The notes under the pieces were generated by a model, which did no database searches, was not told the origin of the DNA, and saw only the letters and a list, made by a program, of their open reading frames with translations. 64,000 nt of DNA from Amphiscolops sp. MND2022 (Eukaryota). Shown here piece after piece: positions 63,944 through 64,000 of the stretch (position 1 is its first letter; each line of letters opens with the position of its first letter). The stretch covers positions 71,860,001 to 71,924,000 of the forward strand of contig OZ076409.1 of assembly GCA_964187785.1 (NCBI GenBank), given 5' to 3'. A program made the position numbers and the translations under genes.

Positions 63944-64000
63944 GTGGCGGGGGGCTGTCCCCAATAGAATATAGTGAGGTAGGGTAGGGTTCCCTACCGA
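63944..64000 (+). mobile_element. Start of another element with a new head variant
   Basis: GTGGCGGGGGG-ctgt-CCCC then GGTAGGG-tagggtt-CCCTACC hairpin; same architecture as other heads. Confidence 0.65.

Larger units (their letters stand above)
1..64000 (+). repeat. Mixed-family head-to-tail array of non-autonomous Helitron-like elements
   Basis: CTAG|GTG junctions with CTAG ending at 606, 1993, 3383, 5371, 6749, 8926, 13658, 15647, 17639, 19620, 21615, 26378, 28383, 30390, 35160, 37146, 39135, 43898, 48329, 49398, 50474, 55210, 57198, 61960, 63943. Family homology starts and stops at these points, with no intervening unique DNA. Confidence 0.9.

Noticed and set aside
603..63947. Bacterial integron cassette array
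   Set aside because: No GTTRRRY/RYYYAAC attC cores at the junctions, no cassette ORFs and no integrase. Only the architectural analogy is kept.

Overview
AT-rich, apparently eukaryotic DNA with no credible protein-coding gene. The whole 64 kb is a gap-free, same-orientation, head-to-tail array of 24 complete and 2 partial non-autonomous elements of about seven families (labels are mine): A/A' ~1.38 kb, B ~1.99 kb, C 2.18 kb, D ~4.73 kb, E 2.0 kb, F ~4.76 kb, G ~1.07 kb. All 25 junctions read CTAG|GTG (GTGG in 24). Order: [C-like] A A B A' C D B B B E F B B' F' B B F F/B G G D B F B [new head]. Interiors differ between families, but the ends share one architecture. A 20-bp palindrome GGGCATGCCGAGGCATGCCC (21 exact copies; also a 19/20 match to the p53-family response element) lies 45-58 bp before CTAG. 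A GC-rich hairpin often ends about 10 nt before the end, and two covarying hairpins follow GTGG. Hairpin plus CTAG resembles Helitron (rolling-circle) 3' ends, but the canonical 5'-TC and A|T target are absent and no transposase is in the window. My best inference is an atypical rolling-circle or site-specific element group that inserts at its own junction and builds mixed arrays. Strand assignment is provisional, and all alignments were done by eye.
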